A stretch of 64,000 nt of DNA, taken from the IMG/VR virus record IMGVR_UViG_3300035208_003026, positions 1-64,000 of that record, one strand, 5' to 3'. The stretch comes from a virus. Lineage: Duplodnaviria; Caudoviricetes. The notes under the pieces are model-generated. The model had not been told where the DNA came from. It searched no databases and saw only the letters and a program-made list of their open reading frames with translations. Positions 36,280 through 47,033 of this stretch are shown one piece after another (the stretch's first letter is position 1; every line of letters begins with the position of its first letter). A program made the translations under genes and the position numbers.

Positions 36280-37806
36280 ATGGATCTACACGAAATTACT
36301 TCATTGATCAATAAAGTAGCCGGAACAGTCGAGGCTAATGAAAAACTTGCACTTCCTATTTTGGCTGCAAAAGCTCGTAGAGAAGCGTCTACCCGTCCAA
36401 CAGATATTCCTCTTGTCAATGCTTCAAATGTTTTGACTAAGATGGCTTCGGATAGAACTTTCATTTCCCGTGACGAACTCCGTGGAATTATCGAACGCTT
36501 CTTTGCATCTCACTCCAAACTTTCTCAGGTATTTTCTGATGAACTTGGAAAGCATGCCGAGGTTAAGCCAAAGACTTTCGAACGTTATGCTGACGAAGGT
36601 CAATCACTGGATAGAGATTATGCAAAATTCTCTGATCCTATTTTGGCAAACGCTTTAGCTGGCGCAATGTCAGAAAACCCAACTGAACAGCTATACTCTC
36701 AAGCGGATGCACAGCGTGCTCAACGTGCGACTTATGCAAAACTTCTAGAAGCTGGAATTCAACCAAAAGACATCAAGACGTTCGCTGGCCGTAAGGATAT
36801 TATCATTGTTCAGGCAGTTCATGAAACACCTCTTGGTGTTTCTAATGTTCTAATTCCTGTTGAGCTAAAGGAAGGAAAGGCCATCCTACCATCCTTGTTC
36901 TTGTCCAGATTTGGATTTCAGGATATCGAGAAAAGTGCTTACAGCACTCATCTCAAGGCAATGGCTGGCAAGGCTTTCCGAGTTGATGGTTCTAAACTTC
37001 TCGATGTTTTGGAGCAAGTAAAGAATGGCTCAGCTGATATCGCTAATGAAGTTGAGATGGCTGCTATCAAGGTTGCCTCTGAGCAGGGAACTCGTCTACA
37101 TGATCCAAATGCTATTCTGTACACCCAGATTGATAAAGAGACTCCAGATGTACAGTTACCAAAGATGGCATCTAATGAGGAGAGCAGATTTGCTGAAACT
37201 CTTGGTAAACCAGATGGTGTAGCTCGTTTTGTCCACGGTGATCGTATTGTTGAGGCTGGTCGTTCTATGTTGGTTCGAAAGCTGGCCGAGATTGGGTACA
37301 AGAGTGTTCAGGTTAAGGTTGCGGATGTAGAGCAGGATAAGATCTTTTATGCTGTTGCAATTGGAACTGGAACTGGACTGAAGGTTCCAGTCGAAATTAA
37401 CGGAACAATGGTAATACCTCCAAAGGTTGTTTATGCTGACAGTTTTGTTACAGCATTTAGCAAGAAAGCTATTGATGAGGTTGTTGCTGCAGGTACTGGT
37501 GGTAATAAGCGTGCGCTAGCTACGGCATCACCATGCTATGACATGAAACCAACAGAACTTCTAGATGTTGTTAAGCAATCCATTGCTGAGGGTAATTACC
37601 TAAGAGCAGAGGATGCAATCAATGTTTTGGGTGAGGTTGATCCTCATACTCAGCGTATAGCAATTGCGCACATGATGATGAATATCTATGAGCCTGGCAA
37701 GGATCCTAAAGCGAATATTTCTGAGATGCAAAGAGTTGCATCAACTCCTGTTCGCGATACTCCACAATTCATGACTCACAAGATTTTCTTCCCTGAAGGA
37801 GCATAA
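36280..37806 (+). CDS. putative virion/head protein with an internal domain duplication
   Basis: two related segments (..LIPVELKEGKAILP / ..LKVPVEINGTMVIP); several K-x-A-S motifs. Confidence 0.6.
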   Translation: MDLHEITSLINKVAGTVEANEKLALPILAAKARREASTRPTDIPLVNASNVLTKMASDRTFISRDELRGIIERFFASHSKLSQVFSDELGKHAEVKPKTFERYADEGQSLDRDYAKFSDPILANALAGAMSENPTEQLYSQADAQRAQRATYAKLLEAGIQPKDIKTFAGRKDIIIVQAVHETPLGVSNVLIPVELKEGKAILPSLFLSRFGFQDIEKSAYSTHLKAMAGKAFRVDGSKLLDVLEQVKNGSADIANEVEMAAIKVASEQGTRLHDPNAILYTQIDKETPDVQLPKMASNEESRFAETLGKPDGVARFVHGDRIVEAGRSMLVRKLAEIGYKSVQVKVADVEQDKIFYAVAIGTGTGLKVPVEINGTMVIPPKVVYADSFVTAFSKKAIDEVVAAGTGGNKRALATASPCYDMKPTELLDVVKQSIAEGNYLRAEDAINVLGEVDPHTQRIAIAHMMMNIYEPGKDPKANISEMQRVASTPVRDTPQFMTHKIFFPEGA

Positions 37807-40800
37807 TGGCCATATCAATGGATTTGAGAGTTCTAGCTCGTAAGCTAGAGAAGAGCAGTGATGATCTTTTAGTCAATGCATCAATCAAAGGTCCGGAAGC
37901 ATTTGAAAAGGTAGCAACTGCAATTGCAGCAGCATCAACATTACTTGAAGGCGTAGCTGATGATATGGATCATAACGCCGAGTTCAGTATCACTGCTCAG
38001 CAATTGGATGAGATTGCCGCTTTGGCAACTGCATTCGATCAGAGTGGAGATCCTATTCTAAAGAAGCAGGCATCTGTATTGGACGAGTTATTGCTCTCAA
38101 TTGCTGCTCCCAAGAATGCTGCACGAGAATCGCGCAAAGTTACAGATGACGAGATTAATCGTCTTCGTGAAAAGCGTCGGTCATCTCGTCGTGAAGAAGC
38201 TTACGAAGATCCGAGAAAAGCTCATGCTGACATGAACAATGCAAAGGAACAGGCTAAAGCAGTTGCTCAGCAAGTAAAGCGTTATCGTCCGCTAGAAGCA
38301 CCTCTTCAGACTCGTTACCCACCGGATCGTCCAGGTGGTCAGATGACTAGAATTACAGATCATGTTTATCAGGATATTGTTACTGGTATTGTGTATGATT
38401 TTAAAGCTGGTTATACCACTCAAAAAGGTAATGAAGTTCCAGGTACTTCCGTAGAGAACCAAACCCGTCAGCTTGGAGATGCTAGAAACCAATCAACTTC
38501 TTTGTTTGAAACTCGTCAAGCTTTGATGGGTCGATATGCAAGTGATGGTGATCTCTATCATCTTAAGAAGTATGCAATGGGTAATGAGATTGTAGTGGCT
38601 CTTAAAGCCGCTAGAGATTTTGCTCCTGAATTGTTGGATAAGGCTATTGATCATGCTCAACAAGATGGTCTATCCACCTCTGAGATTGGAGAGGTTCTTA
38701 GTGATGTAGCTTCTGCTGATGAGTTCAACAATACTATTCAAACTCTTGAAAATCCTTCACGAGTTCAGATAATTTCTGTTTTAACCGATGATGAAAGTGC
38801 AGAAGAATATCATAAAGCAGTAAAGCTTTTTGATGCTTTTGCAGCCGCTGGTTGGTCAGAACTTATCGCAGATCATATGGCAGCTTTAAAGCACGCTGGC
38901 CTTGGTATTAAGTACCTTTCCAAACTTGAAAGCGAATTTCTAGGAGCTGAACCATATGAATCTTCTACAGAGATTGTTCCAGAAAGCTTAGAAAATGAGA
39001 TTAGTCCTTTTAGTAATACAGAATTTACTCCTAGTATTAAGACTATGATTAGTGCTGCAAACCGTCAGGGTTTGGCAGCTGTTGCTCTTGGCGCTGTTCA
39101 AGAACTTGCTCCTCATTTGTTAAAAGCAGCCGTTGCAAAGGCTAAGGGTGAAGGTCTTACCGACAAGCAGATTAAGTCTGTATTGATAACTGATTTAAAT
39201 AACAAGTTCAAGACTGCATCTTTTGGTGAAGATGGAGAAGTAAAGGTTGCAGAATCTTTATTTCCACAACTAAGAGCTTTGGGGTGGAACTCTCTGGTAC
39301 AAGATCATTTAAAAGTAATGGCTAGACTTGGTGTTAGTGGCAAAGCAATCCAGAAACTGGCATATGTCAAAACATCAACACTTGATGAGTTGAAGAGTGT
39401 TTTAAAACAAGCAGTTTTCGGGACTCAGCCTTTAGAATTTATTGATGAGCCATTGGAATTTGTTGAAGAATCTCCTCAAACAGTTAGAGATCCACAAACC
39501 TTTGATTGGGAAGAAGAAGAAGAACCGGTCACAATTAAGCAGCAACCAAAGGCTCCAGTAGCAACTGCGCCAAAGGCTAAAACTCCTAAAGCTGTTCCGG
39601 TAGCTAATTGGGAATTTGTAAATGAACCAATTGCGGCTCCTGCAGCACCAGCAGCTCCTGAAGAAGAAGCACCTTTCAGTTTGTTGACTGAAATGTTTGG
39701 GGACACACCAAAACCTCCAGCAGTAAAGGGTCCTGTTACTCCATTGGACGATCCAGAGGAGTGGGGTAAGGTCTTGGCAGCTGTTAAGTCCGAAATTGCC
39801 GCAGATCAATCCGTTAAGGATAAGATTCAGGAGTTCAGACTAGCTGGAAAGAAAGAGGATAGCTATGTTTTCGTTAAGCAACTCATCAATGAAAAAATGA
39901 ATGCTCAGGGATTTATTGGAGCTTATGAGAAAGATCCTTCTGGTGTTGATTGGATTACTGTTGCGGAGAAGGGTGGAGTAAAAACTCCATCACCTACGCC
40001 AATGATTACCGAGTTACCAAAAGAAACTGGACCACAAGGTCAAGGAAAGCGTTTCAATTGGAGTAATTATCAAACTCTAAATAGATTAGCAATGTCTGAT
40101 TCTGAGATTGAAGAATTAGAGAAGAGAGCGAAGGAAATCTGGGCAAGAGATGGTGGACAGTATTCCTCTATGATGGAGAAGTTCAAGTTTACTGGTACTG
40201 AAGTTCCTGCTGTTTATTCTAGTCTTCCCCCTGAAATAAGGAAACAACTTGATGTTTTGTTCCTTAGAGGTGAGGGTAGCACAGCTGTTAGAGGACTTCT
40301 TAACACGATTGTTGAGAATTATATTCAAGAGCATGCTGAACAGTTCTTGCAAGAGAGAATTTCTGAACTTAGTGGTAAGGCTGATGAATTGTTCGAAGAG
40401 TCTAGCAAGTTAGAAGCCAGTGGAAAGAGTAGACAAGCTCAGACCAAATTGGAAATGGCTGCAAAGATTAAGGAACAACTTGACAATCCAGAAGAGCTTC
40501 TAAAATCAACTATCAAAACTAAGAAAGAGCAGTTTATGTTGACAGAGAAGGATCTTATGGCCGCTAGAAAGGGTCTAAGATCAAATGATAAGGCAAAAGC
40601 TGCTGAAATAAAGCGTGAAGCTTTGACAGAACTTAATAAGCAATCAATCAACCAGGCTCTTCAGGAGAAGAAACTTCCTCCAATGTTTGATAACGTTAAT
40701 GTTATATCATTGGCTCGATTTGCAGAGAAGCTGCAAGAGATTGGGAAGATTGATGCAGTTGTAAAGGAAGATGCTAAGCGTGCTAGAACTCTAGGCGGAA

Positions 40801-41840
40801 AGAAGCCTTCTCTATTAATTCATGAGATTCCCAAGAACAAGGTAACTGGACAACCTTTAGCAACTCTTTGGGATGATCCTGAGTTCTATCTTGAGACAAT
40901 CAAGGAAGTCTCAGAAGATCACCCTCTACCAGATGTTCCTAGAAAAACTGAGGATAAGAAAGTAAAGGAACAGAAATTGAAGGATAGGAAGGCAGTTGAA
41001 GAGATTTGGAATAACATATTCGAAGATCGTGGATTAGTTGGTCCATTTAGAAAGTTGTTCGGAACCGGTCCTGATTGGGAAGGAACAATTGCTTCAACTC
41101 TAAATCTAAGACCTGATAAAGTTGATTTTCTTAGGTTCGAAGATTTGGTTCCAAATACAGTAATTAATGGAAAGCAACTCAAAACAATTCTTTCAAATCC
41201 AGAAGAGTATGCAAATCATTACCTAGAAGGTAAAGCAAAGTTTGGTCCTGAATTCCAATGGAAGTTAGAACCAATTCTTGAAATGAATCAAATTCATGGT
41301 GGAACTCCAAAGATTAATGCGCCTGCAAAGCTTATCTCTTTTGTTAAATCAAGAATGGATAAGGGACAAGATCTTGATAACCTCAAGGTTGAACTGATGG
41401 CAAAGGGTGTTCCTGCGGAACTTACCGAGAATGTTTGGAATGAAATTAAGGGTTCTGGTGATGTAATTCGTAAGAGACTGTTTGGTGGATTGGCTGGTGG
41501 TGCTCAAGACGTTCTTAAGGGAAAGAAAACCCCGCAAGAAGTTATTGATGACCTTTTGAATAATCCCAGAAACGGAATCATGACCAAGTTCCCTGATGCA
41601 TATATTCCTTCAGGAGTAATGCAAGCTTTGCTAAAGCAGTTGATTGCTAAAGAGCAGCATAATAATAAGGTAAAGGCTGATTGGAATAAGTGGTCATCCG
41701 ACCAGGGATTCTGGCCTCCTTACTCTAGAATAATGGGAAGATCTACCACAGCTGACCTTCTTAAAGGTGGCAGTGGATATAGAAACCCAGATCCAGATGC
41801 GGTTGGCGGAACTCCATTAGCAGAACTGAATCTTGATTGA
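37806..41840 (+). CDS. large (1344 aa) modular putative virion protein
   Basis: internal repeats, Pro/Ala linker, many K/R-x-A motifs. Confidence 0.65.
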   Translation: MAISMDLRVLARKLEKSSDDLLVNASIKGPEAFEKVATAIAAASTLLEGVADDMDHNAEFSITAQQLDEIAALATAFDQSGDPILKKQASVLDELLLSIAAPKNAARESRKVTDDEINRLREKRRSSRREEAYEDPRKAHADMNNAKEQAKAVAQQVKRYRPLEAPLQTRYPPDRPGGQMTRITDHVYQDIVTGIVYDFKAGYTTQKGNEVPGTSVENQTRQLGDARNQSTSLFETRQALMGRYASDGDLYHLKKYAMGNEIVVALKAARDFAPELLDKAIDHAQQDGLSTSEIGEVLSDVASADEFNNTIQTLENPSRVQIISVLTDDESAEEYHKAVKLFDAFAAAGWSELIADHMAALKHAGLGIKYLSKLESEFLGAEPYESSTEIVPESLENEISPFSNTEFTPSIKTMISAANRQGLAAVALGAVQELAPHLLKAAVAKAKGEGLTDKQIKSVLITDLNNKFKTASFGEDGEVKVAESLFPQLRALGWNSLVQDHLKVMARLGVSGKAIQKLAYVKTSTLDELKSVLKQAVFGTQPLEFIDEPLEFVEESPQTVRDPQTFDWEEEEEPVTIKQQPKAPVATAPKAKTPKAVPVANWEFVNEPIAAPAAPAAPEEEAPFSLLTEMFGDTPKPPAVKGPVTPLDDPEEWGKVLAAVKSEIAADQSVKDKIQEFRLAGKKEDSYVFVKQLINEKMNAQGFIGAYEKDPSGVDWITVAEKGGVKTPSPTPMITELPKETGPQGQGKRFNWSNYQTLNRLAMSDSEIEELEKRAKEIWARDGGQYSSMMEKFKFTGTEVPAVYSSLPPEIRKQLDVLFLRGEGSTAVRGLLNTIVENYIQEHAEQFLQERISELSGKADELFEESSKLEASGKSRQAQTKLEMAAKIKEQLDNPEELLKSTIKTKKEQFMLTEKDLMAARKGLRSNDKAKAAEIKREALTELNKQSINQALQEKKLPPMFDNVNVISLARFAEKLQEIGKIDAVVKEDAKRARTLGGKKPSLLIHEIPKNKVTGQPLATLWDDPEFYLETIKEVSEDHPLPDVPRKTEDKKVKEQKLKDRKAVEEIWNNIFEDRGLVGPFRKLFGTGPDWEGTIASTLNLRPDKVDFLRFEDLVPNTVINGKQLKTILSNPEEYANHYLEGKAKFGPEFQWKLEPILEMNQIHGGTPKINAPAKLISFVKSRMDKGQDLDNLKVELMAKGVPAELTENVWNEIKGSGDVIRKRLFGGLAGGAQDVLKGKKTPQEVIDDLLNNPRNGIMTKFPDAYIPSGVMQALLKQLIAKEQHNNKVKADWNKWSSDQGFWPPYSRIMGRSTTADLLKGGSGYRNPDPDAVGGTPLAELNLD

Positions 41841-41851
41841 GGAAGGTATGA

Positions 41852-42640
41852 ATGGCTACGGACTTTACAAAGATCGCGAATCATCCAGAAATCAAAACTA
41901 TAATATCAAAGCTTGTTAGCGGAGAGAGTCCAAAGCTTGTTTCTAACTATCTCAAAGATAAATATCCAAAACCAGACGAAGGACATCTAAGAATTCCTAC
42001 AACCCAATTGCAGGAGTTCTTAGACTCCTATGCTGATCATAATGGATATGTCAAAAAGATTATTCAGCGAGATACTGATTCTAAATTAGATAAGAAAATT
42101 GCCGATTCTTTATTAAATACGACCCCATGGAAAGAACGTGTTCTTGAAGGTGTTGAAAAGGAAATAAATTACATTGATAAACTCAATGCAGTTGTAACTA
42201 TTCTTGAAAAGAGAGCTGAACAATTATTTGATTTAATTCAAAGCGATCCTGAAAATACTAGAACTGACTATGTATTTACGAAGTACATGGAACAGTTAAT
42301 GATTGCTATTGAGAAAGCTGATAAGATCAAGAATGACAAACCTGATATTAGGATAGAACATACATATACGGTACAGATGGTTGAGCAACAAACTGTGGCT
42401 TTTCAAGAAGCTATTCGGCGTGTTCTTGAGAGGATGGGTCCTGAGCACACATCAGTCTTTATGGATATGTTGGCAGAAGAGATGGGTAGGTTAAAAGCAA
42501 AGGACGTATATCATTTGCCAGAAACTCGCGATATCGATAAAGAAACTAAATCATTGAATAAGTTTCAGGATGACATTCAAGAAATGGATTCTAAATTTCT
42601 AGAAGAAGGTGCTTTCGATGACGAAGATGACAATGAATGA
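41852..42640 (+). CDS. hypothetical helical protein (possible terminase small subunit)
   Basis: N-terminal HP..I..L.SG.S HTH-like segment plus coiled coil; function is a guess. Confidence 0.45.
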   Translation: MATDFTKIANHPEIKTIISKLVSGESPKLVSNYLKDKYPKPDEGHLRIPTTQLQEFLDSYADHNGYVKKIIQRDTDSKLDKKIADSLLNTTPWKERVLEGVEKEINYIDKLNAVVTILEKRAEQLFDLIQSDPENTRTDYVFTKYMEQLMIAIEKADKIKNDKPDIRIEHTYTVQMVEQQTVAFQEAIRRVLERMGPEHTSVFMDMLAEEMGRLKAKDVYHLPETRDIDKETKSLNKFQDDIQEMDSKFLEEGAFDDEDDNE

Positions 42641-44540
42641 TCACCTAAAAAAACAGCTTGACTCAAACAACTGTACATTTCTTCCCAAAGATGTAAAGGA
42701 TGGAGTACTTGCTGACTTTGAGATTATGTCACATCTTGGTATAGATAATGACGAGAATCAGAATAAGTTCTTTATGATTCGTAATCATGTTCCAGAAATT
42801 CTCAATCTTATTTTCAAAATCAAACTGAATGATAAAGTAGAACGCTTGTTAGCTGCCGAAGTTTTTAGAAACAAAGAAAAAGCACCTATTGGTACTCTTT
42901 TAGAGCTGATAGAAGCCGTTGATTTGGCATTAAAGAAGATGGTACCACAAAGCATTAGACCAAAGTTAGCTTATCCTCAATCTAAAAGTAGGCAACAGTT
43001 ACCTCAGTATGATGTAAGTCGTTGGGTAGAGGCTACTAAAAAGATTTATGGTCTTATGTCAAAGGGCCAATCTTCCACTCAGGCAAGGGAGTCTGTAATT
43101 GGAAACTGGGAACGAAGGGAACAAATGGACTATGAACAATGGCTAAAATTTTATAAAGAGCGAGTACCCGAGAAGTATCCCAAATTGGCTTTCGATACCA
43201 GCGAACCACTATTGGGCGGTCTTCCTGTTAATACTCTTAGGGCCATTATGCCAACACCTAATGGTCAGGGACATGCTACAAAAGTTTCACCAGGATTACC
43301 TCAACATTTACCAAATGATGTTAATGAAGTCCGAGAGACTATTGAATCTCAGCGTAAAAAACTGATTGGTCGTCTTAACTCTGCTGAAAAACTATTATCG
43401 ACTATGGATGGTCAACTTTTTGCTGGTGACGATCAAGAGTTGATGCTTAAACTTTTACAAGACTTGAAACGTAGAATTCAAATTACAAATAAGCGTACTG
43501 TAAAATCTTCTTTGTTTGAAGATCATGTTTACCGTACAGCAAACCGCCTCAAGGTACAGGGTAAAGATAAAGCGGCTGGATTCTTTTTAAAGATTGCTCA
43601 ACTTGGAGATCTTGGTGCGCCAATTGATATTCCAGGTGTTAGCAGTCCTGAAGCTGGACCTCCTGCAGCAGATTCTGGCAAGGGAGATAAACAGGAAACT
43701 CATGATCTTCTTAAAGAATTCTTTGACAACATCAAGCGTGGTGTTAACGATCCTGATGATACAGTAGAAGAGCGTGAAGAGATTGAGAAAGAAGAAGCAG
43801 CTACCGCTCCTGCAGCGCCGGCTAGTCCACCAATCGTTCCACCGCCAGCCCCACCAGTTAATGCATCTTACAACCCAGACCGTATTAAGATTGGTGCTGG
43901 ATACTGGCTTGTAAAGAATGCTCAAGAAGCGCCTCCTGCTCCAATACCAAACAGAATGGCACCACTACCTCAAGCTCAACGGGTTATTACCCCAGCTGCT
44001 GGCCCAGATGATGAACCAATAAGTGATGATAATGCAGATGATTTAATTGAAGTAGCTCTTAAGAATGTAAATATAAATGATGTTGTAAATCGTTTGGAGA
44101 TGTTGGTTAGTATTTACAATAAGAGAGAATTGTCAAGACAGCTTGGTATTCTTGATATTATGATGGATAGACTTGGGATTGCTGCATATTTTCCATCCTT
44201 GGGTGAGGCTATGTCTAAGGCCCTAGAAGCAAACCAATACATTGGAAATCGTCTTGGTGAAATCCTTTCACGTATTAAGGGGTCTGTTGATTCTCCTGGT
44301 GCAAGTGAATGGATTGAGGTTAGCGAACCCAATAGCCCAGAGACTGCCGGTTTGCGCGCTAGACTTGAACAAGAAAAACAAAAAGATGAGCAGCGCAAAG
44401 AACTAAGAAAGCAACAGGATTTGGCAAAGATGCAGGGTACTGCAGCTCCTCAAGCCTCAGCTCCAACATCTGTAGGTGAGGCCGCAGACCTTCAACAACC
44501 ATCAAGAATTGAAAAGGCACCTAAACTCGAAGTGAGGTAA
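42609..44540 (+). CDS. putative virion/head protein with Pro-rich linkers
   Basis: 643 aa; KLAY, KLAF, KIAQ, KNAQ motifs. Confidence 0.6.
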   Translation: MLSMTKMTMNDHLKKQLDSNNCTFLPKDVKDGVLADFEIMSHLGIDNDENQNKFFMIRNHVPEILNLIFKIKLNDKVERLLAAEVFRNKEKAPIGTLLELIEAVDLALKKMVPQSIRPKLAYPQSKSRQQLPQYDVSRWVEATKKIYGLMSKGQSSTQARESVIGNWERREQMDYEQWLKFYKERVPEKYPKLAFDTSEPLLGGLPVNTLRAIMPTPNGQGHATKVSPGLPQHLPNDVNEVRETIESQRKKLIGRLNSAEKLLSTMDGQLFAGDDQELMLKLLQDLKRRIQITNKRTVKSSLFEDHVYRTANRLKVQGKDKAAGFFLKIAQLGDLGAPIDIPGVSSPEAGPPAADSGKGDKQETHDLLKEFFDNIKRGVNDPDDTVEEREEIEKEEAATAPAAPASPPIVPPPAPPVNASYNPDRIKIGAGYWLVKNAQEAPPAPIPNRMAPLPQAQRVITPAAGPDDEPISDDNADDLIEVALKNVNINDVVNRLEMLVSIYNKRELSRQLGILDIMMDRLGIAAYFPSLGEAMSKALEANQYIGNRLGEILSRIKGSVDSPGASEWIEVSEPNSPETAGLRARLEQEKQKDEQRKELRKQQDLAKMQGTAAPQASAPTSVGEAADLQQPSRIEKAPKLEVR

Positions 44541-44542
44541 TA

Positions 44543-45289
44543 ATGGGTGTCAAAGAAATTCTATTCAAAATCAAAGAGTTAGCAAAGGATAATGGACTTT
44601 CAGAGCCCTATATCGTTGGTGGCTTGCCCAGAGACAAAATCCTCAATCGTTCCAGAAAGATTGAGGATATTGATCTCACTTCTGGTGATGAATCTATTCA
44701 TCAGTTGGCCGAGCTTGTATCTAATGAATTCAAAGTACAACCCATGAGGTTTCCTGATGGGCACTATCAACTATACATTGATAATTTGAAATTTGACTTC
44801 TCATCCAATTATAACTCACCAGATGCTAAATACTTTCTAGAGAAAGCCGGTGTAAAGAATCCTTCCGAGATGCAGTTAGAGTTATTTAGTCGTGACTTTA
44901 CTTGTAATACATTAATCATTCCTCTTACGTTGAGGAAGATTGTAGATCAAACTGGCCTAGCTCTAGATGATATAAAGAAGAAGCTGATTCGAACACCTCT
45001 ACCACCAAGGATTACTCTAAGAGATGATACAAAACGAGTTATTCGTTCTATTTATCTTGCGGCAAAGCTTGGGTTTACAATAGAGCCGGATATTATTAAA
45101 TGGACACTTGCGCATCATGACAAGATTAAAGAAGAAGTTTCTCAAGGGTTTTCTAAGAGAAAGTTGGCAGATGCAACCAGAGCAGATGCAGATAAAACAA
45201 TTGATCTAATGACTCAAATGGATCTGTGGAACGTTATTGGTGTTCCAAAGGTTCTTTGGGAACAAGTAGGATTAAAAGGAGTTGTGTGA
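44543..45289 (+). CDS. CCA-adding/poly(A) polymerase-family nucleotidyltransferase (short form)
   Basis: YIVGGLPRD, DIDL, RDFTCN, DDTKRVIR. Confidence 0.85.
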   Translation: MGVKEILFKIKELAKDNGLSEPYIVGGLPRDKILNRSRKIEDIDLTSGDESIHQLAELVSNEFKVQPMRFPDGHYQLYIDNLKFDFSSNYNSPDAKYFLEKAGVKNPSEMQLELFSRDFTCNTLIIPLTLRKIVDQTGLALDDIKKKLIRTPLPPRITLRDDTKRVIRSIYLAAKLGFTIEPDIIKWTLAHHDKIKEEVSQGFSKRKLADATRADADKTIDLMTQMDLWNVIGVPKVLWEQVGLKGVV

Positions 45290-45588
45290 AAAAACAATCA
45301 TACTTCCAAGGAACCGCTGATCCGAAAGAGAAAAGAAAACCAGAGGAATTTCCAACATCAAGAATAGATATGGATGTTCGTCAGCCTTTCAGTTTTAGAA
45401 ACTATGACTACACGGAAGAGGGTCCGAACGAAACCTCTCCGGGTGGTGGGTTGTATCATGGTCCAATGGATCGCTTCAAAAGTGTAAAGGATTTCTTGGA
45501 AAAGCGCCGTAAGGAAATGAAGACCAGAAACGAAAGAGCCAATAAGAGAGCAGAACTTCTACATCTTTTGGTAACAAAGGTGGGATAA
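45286..45588 (+). CDS. hypothetical protein (GTG start)
   Basis: AAGGAG before GTG 45286; MKKQSYFQG. Confidence 0.6.
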   Translation: MKKQSYFQGTADPKEKRKPEEFPTSRIDMDVRQPFSFRNYDYTEEGPNETSPGGGLYHGPMDRFKSVKDFLEKRRKEMKTRNERANKRAELLHLLVTKVG

Positions 45589-46076
45589 TGAAGAGGCATT
45601 TGAAGTTAGCAGAAATCCGTAAGAACGATGATACTCCATGTCCATTGGGATTACCAATCCCATTTGGATGTCAATGTGCTGGAAAGAACGTTGATAGAAT
45701 GGCTCCTCTAGATATTATGGGCGCTGATTCTTCTGATGATGAAAAGAAGATGATTAGTGGTGCTAATACAAAGCTTCTTGCATGGAATCTGCTTCGTAGT
45801 TCAGAAAAACCAGCACAATGCCCTTATGCGGGGCATATATTAGAAGGTAATAACGCCGTTGAATGTAATTATAACGATACGGCACCAGGGGAAGGAGCAT
45901 CACAAGCCCTCCAAGCTGCCCCATTCTATTCTAAGATTTTCAATGGTAGTATAAATGGTTTGTTTACTTATCCTGTTGGGTATTACACAGACTATAATCT
46001 GTCTAGGAATTTATATTATGGAACATATAGCCTTATGGGAAGTTTAATTCACAAGATGAAAATTAGTGGAAAGTGA
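45588..46076 (+). CDS. Cys-containing hypothetical protein
   Basis: CPLGLPIPFGC, CPYA, VECNY. Confidence 0.6.
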   Translation: MKRHLKLAEIRKNDDTPCPLGLPIPFGCQCAGKNVDRMAPLDIMGADSSDDEKKMISGANTKLLAWNLLRSSEKPAQCPYAGHILEGNNAVECNYNDTAPGEGASQALQAAPFYSKIFNGSINGLFTYPVGYYTDYNLSRNLYYGTYSLMGSLIHKMKISGK

Positions 46077-46143
46077 AGACAGAAGCATTTGTCGTAATAT
46101 ACGAATACTTCGGAATAGGTATTGTAGCAACATTGAGGTTGTA

Positions 46144-47004
46144 ATGGTAGAGAAGAACGCGCAACAGTACGATACAAATGAACTGAATCTGGGGGAATTT
46201 TTACTTCCAGTCATGCAGGGCAATTTCCCATCTATTGAAGTTGGTGATAACATCGAGGTTTCTGATGATGAAGAACCAGATGAGATTATCTTTGTTCTAG
46301 ATGATATCCCAGGTGCTCCAAGTGCACAGGATATTCTTATCCAGGATGATGATGACAACGTGGAAGTACAGGGAGAAGATCCTGCTGATGTTGATCTGTG
46401 GAAATGGGAACCATCTAGTTTCTTGGATTGGTTAAAGGGAATGTTTAAAGGTGTTCCTTCTCATTCCGGTTATGACTCCACAGGTTTAGAAAAAGCAATC
46501 TCGTATTTCGAGGCATTGGATCGTGAGATTACCAGAGCAATGCGTACGGATTTCAAAAATGAAATTGATTCAGCAAAGGCTGAGCGTGCTCGTGAACAAA
46601 TTGAAGATGGTCTTGAGAGATTAATTAAACGTCTTGAAGATATTAAGAAAACAAAATTCAAAGGTCGTGGTAAGAAATCTAAGTCTTGGGCTGAAGATAC
46701 GGGTATGGTTAAGGAAGCTGGAACGGCAAATATTACTGGCATTACCATTACGGTTCCTTTATTGATTTCAAGAATTGCGCGTGTATGCATTAATGGCATG
46801 GTTTCTGCCGGACATGATATCGAAGATATGTTTGAACGTCAAGCTTCAGAATACAGTCTTGATAAACGAGAGCGTGCCGAACTTTCACAACTTCTAAGCG
46901 ACATGGGGTACCCAATGCTTCAGGATCGTGGCTTCCCAGTAGGCGAGCCTGTTGAGATTTGGAAAAACGACAATTTTGATTGGAGTAGTAATTATCGTGG
47001 GTAA
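46144..47004 (+). CDS. hypothetical acidic head-module protein
   Basis: GAGG before ATG 46144 (MVEKNAQQ), in frame with listed ORF 46066-47004. Confidence 0.65.
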   Translation: MVEKNAQQYDTNELNLGEFLLPVMQGNFPSIEVGDNIEVSDDEEPDEIIFVLDDIPGAPSAQDILIQDDDDNVEVQGEDPADVDLWKWEPSSFLDWLKGMFKGVPSHSGYDSTGLEKAISYFEALDREITRAMRTDFKNEIDSAKAERAREQIEDGLERLIKRLEDIKKTKFKGRGKKSKSWAEDTGMVKEAGTANITGITITVPLLISRIARVCINGMVSAGHDIEDMFERQASEYSLDKRERAELSQLLSDMGYPMLQDRGFPVGEPVEIWKNDNFDWSSNYRG

Positions 47005-47033
47005 GCGTGGAGCGATTTAATTAGAGGATTATT

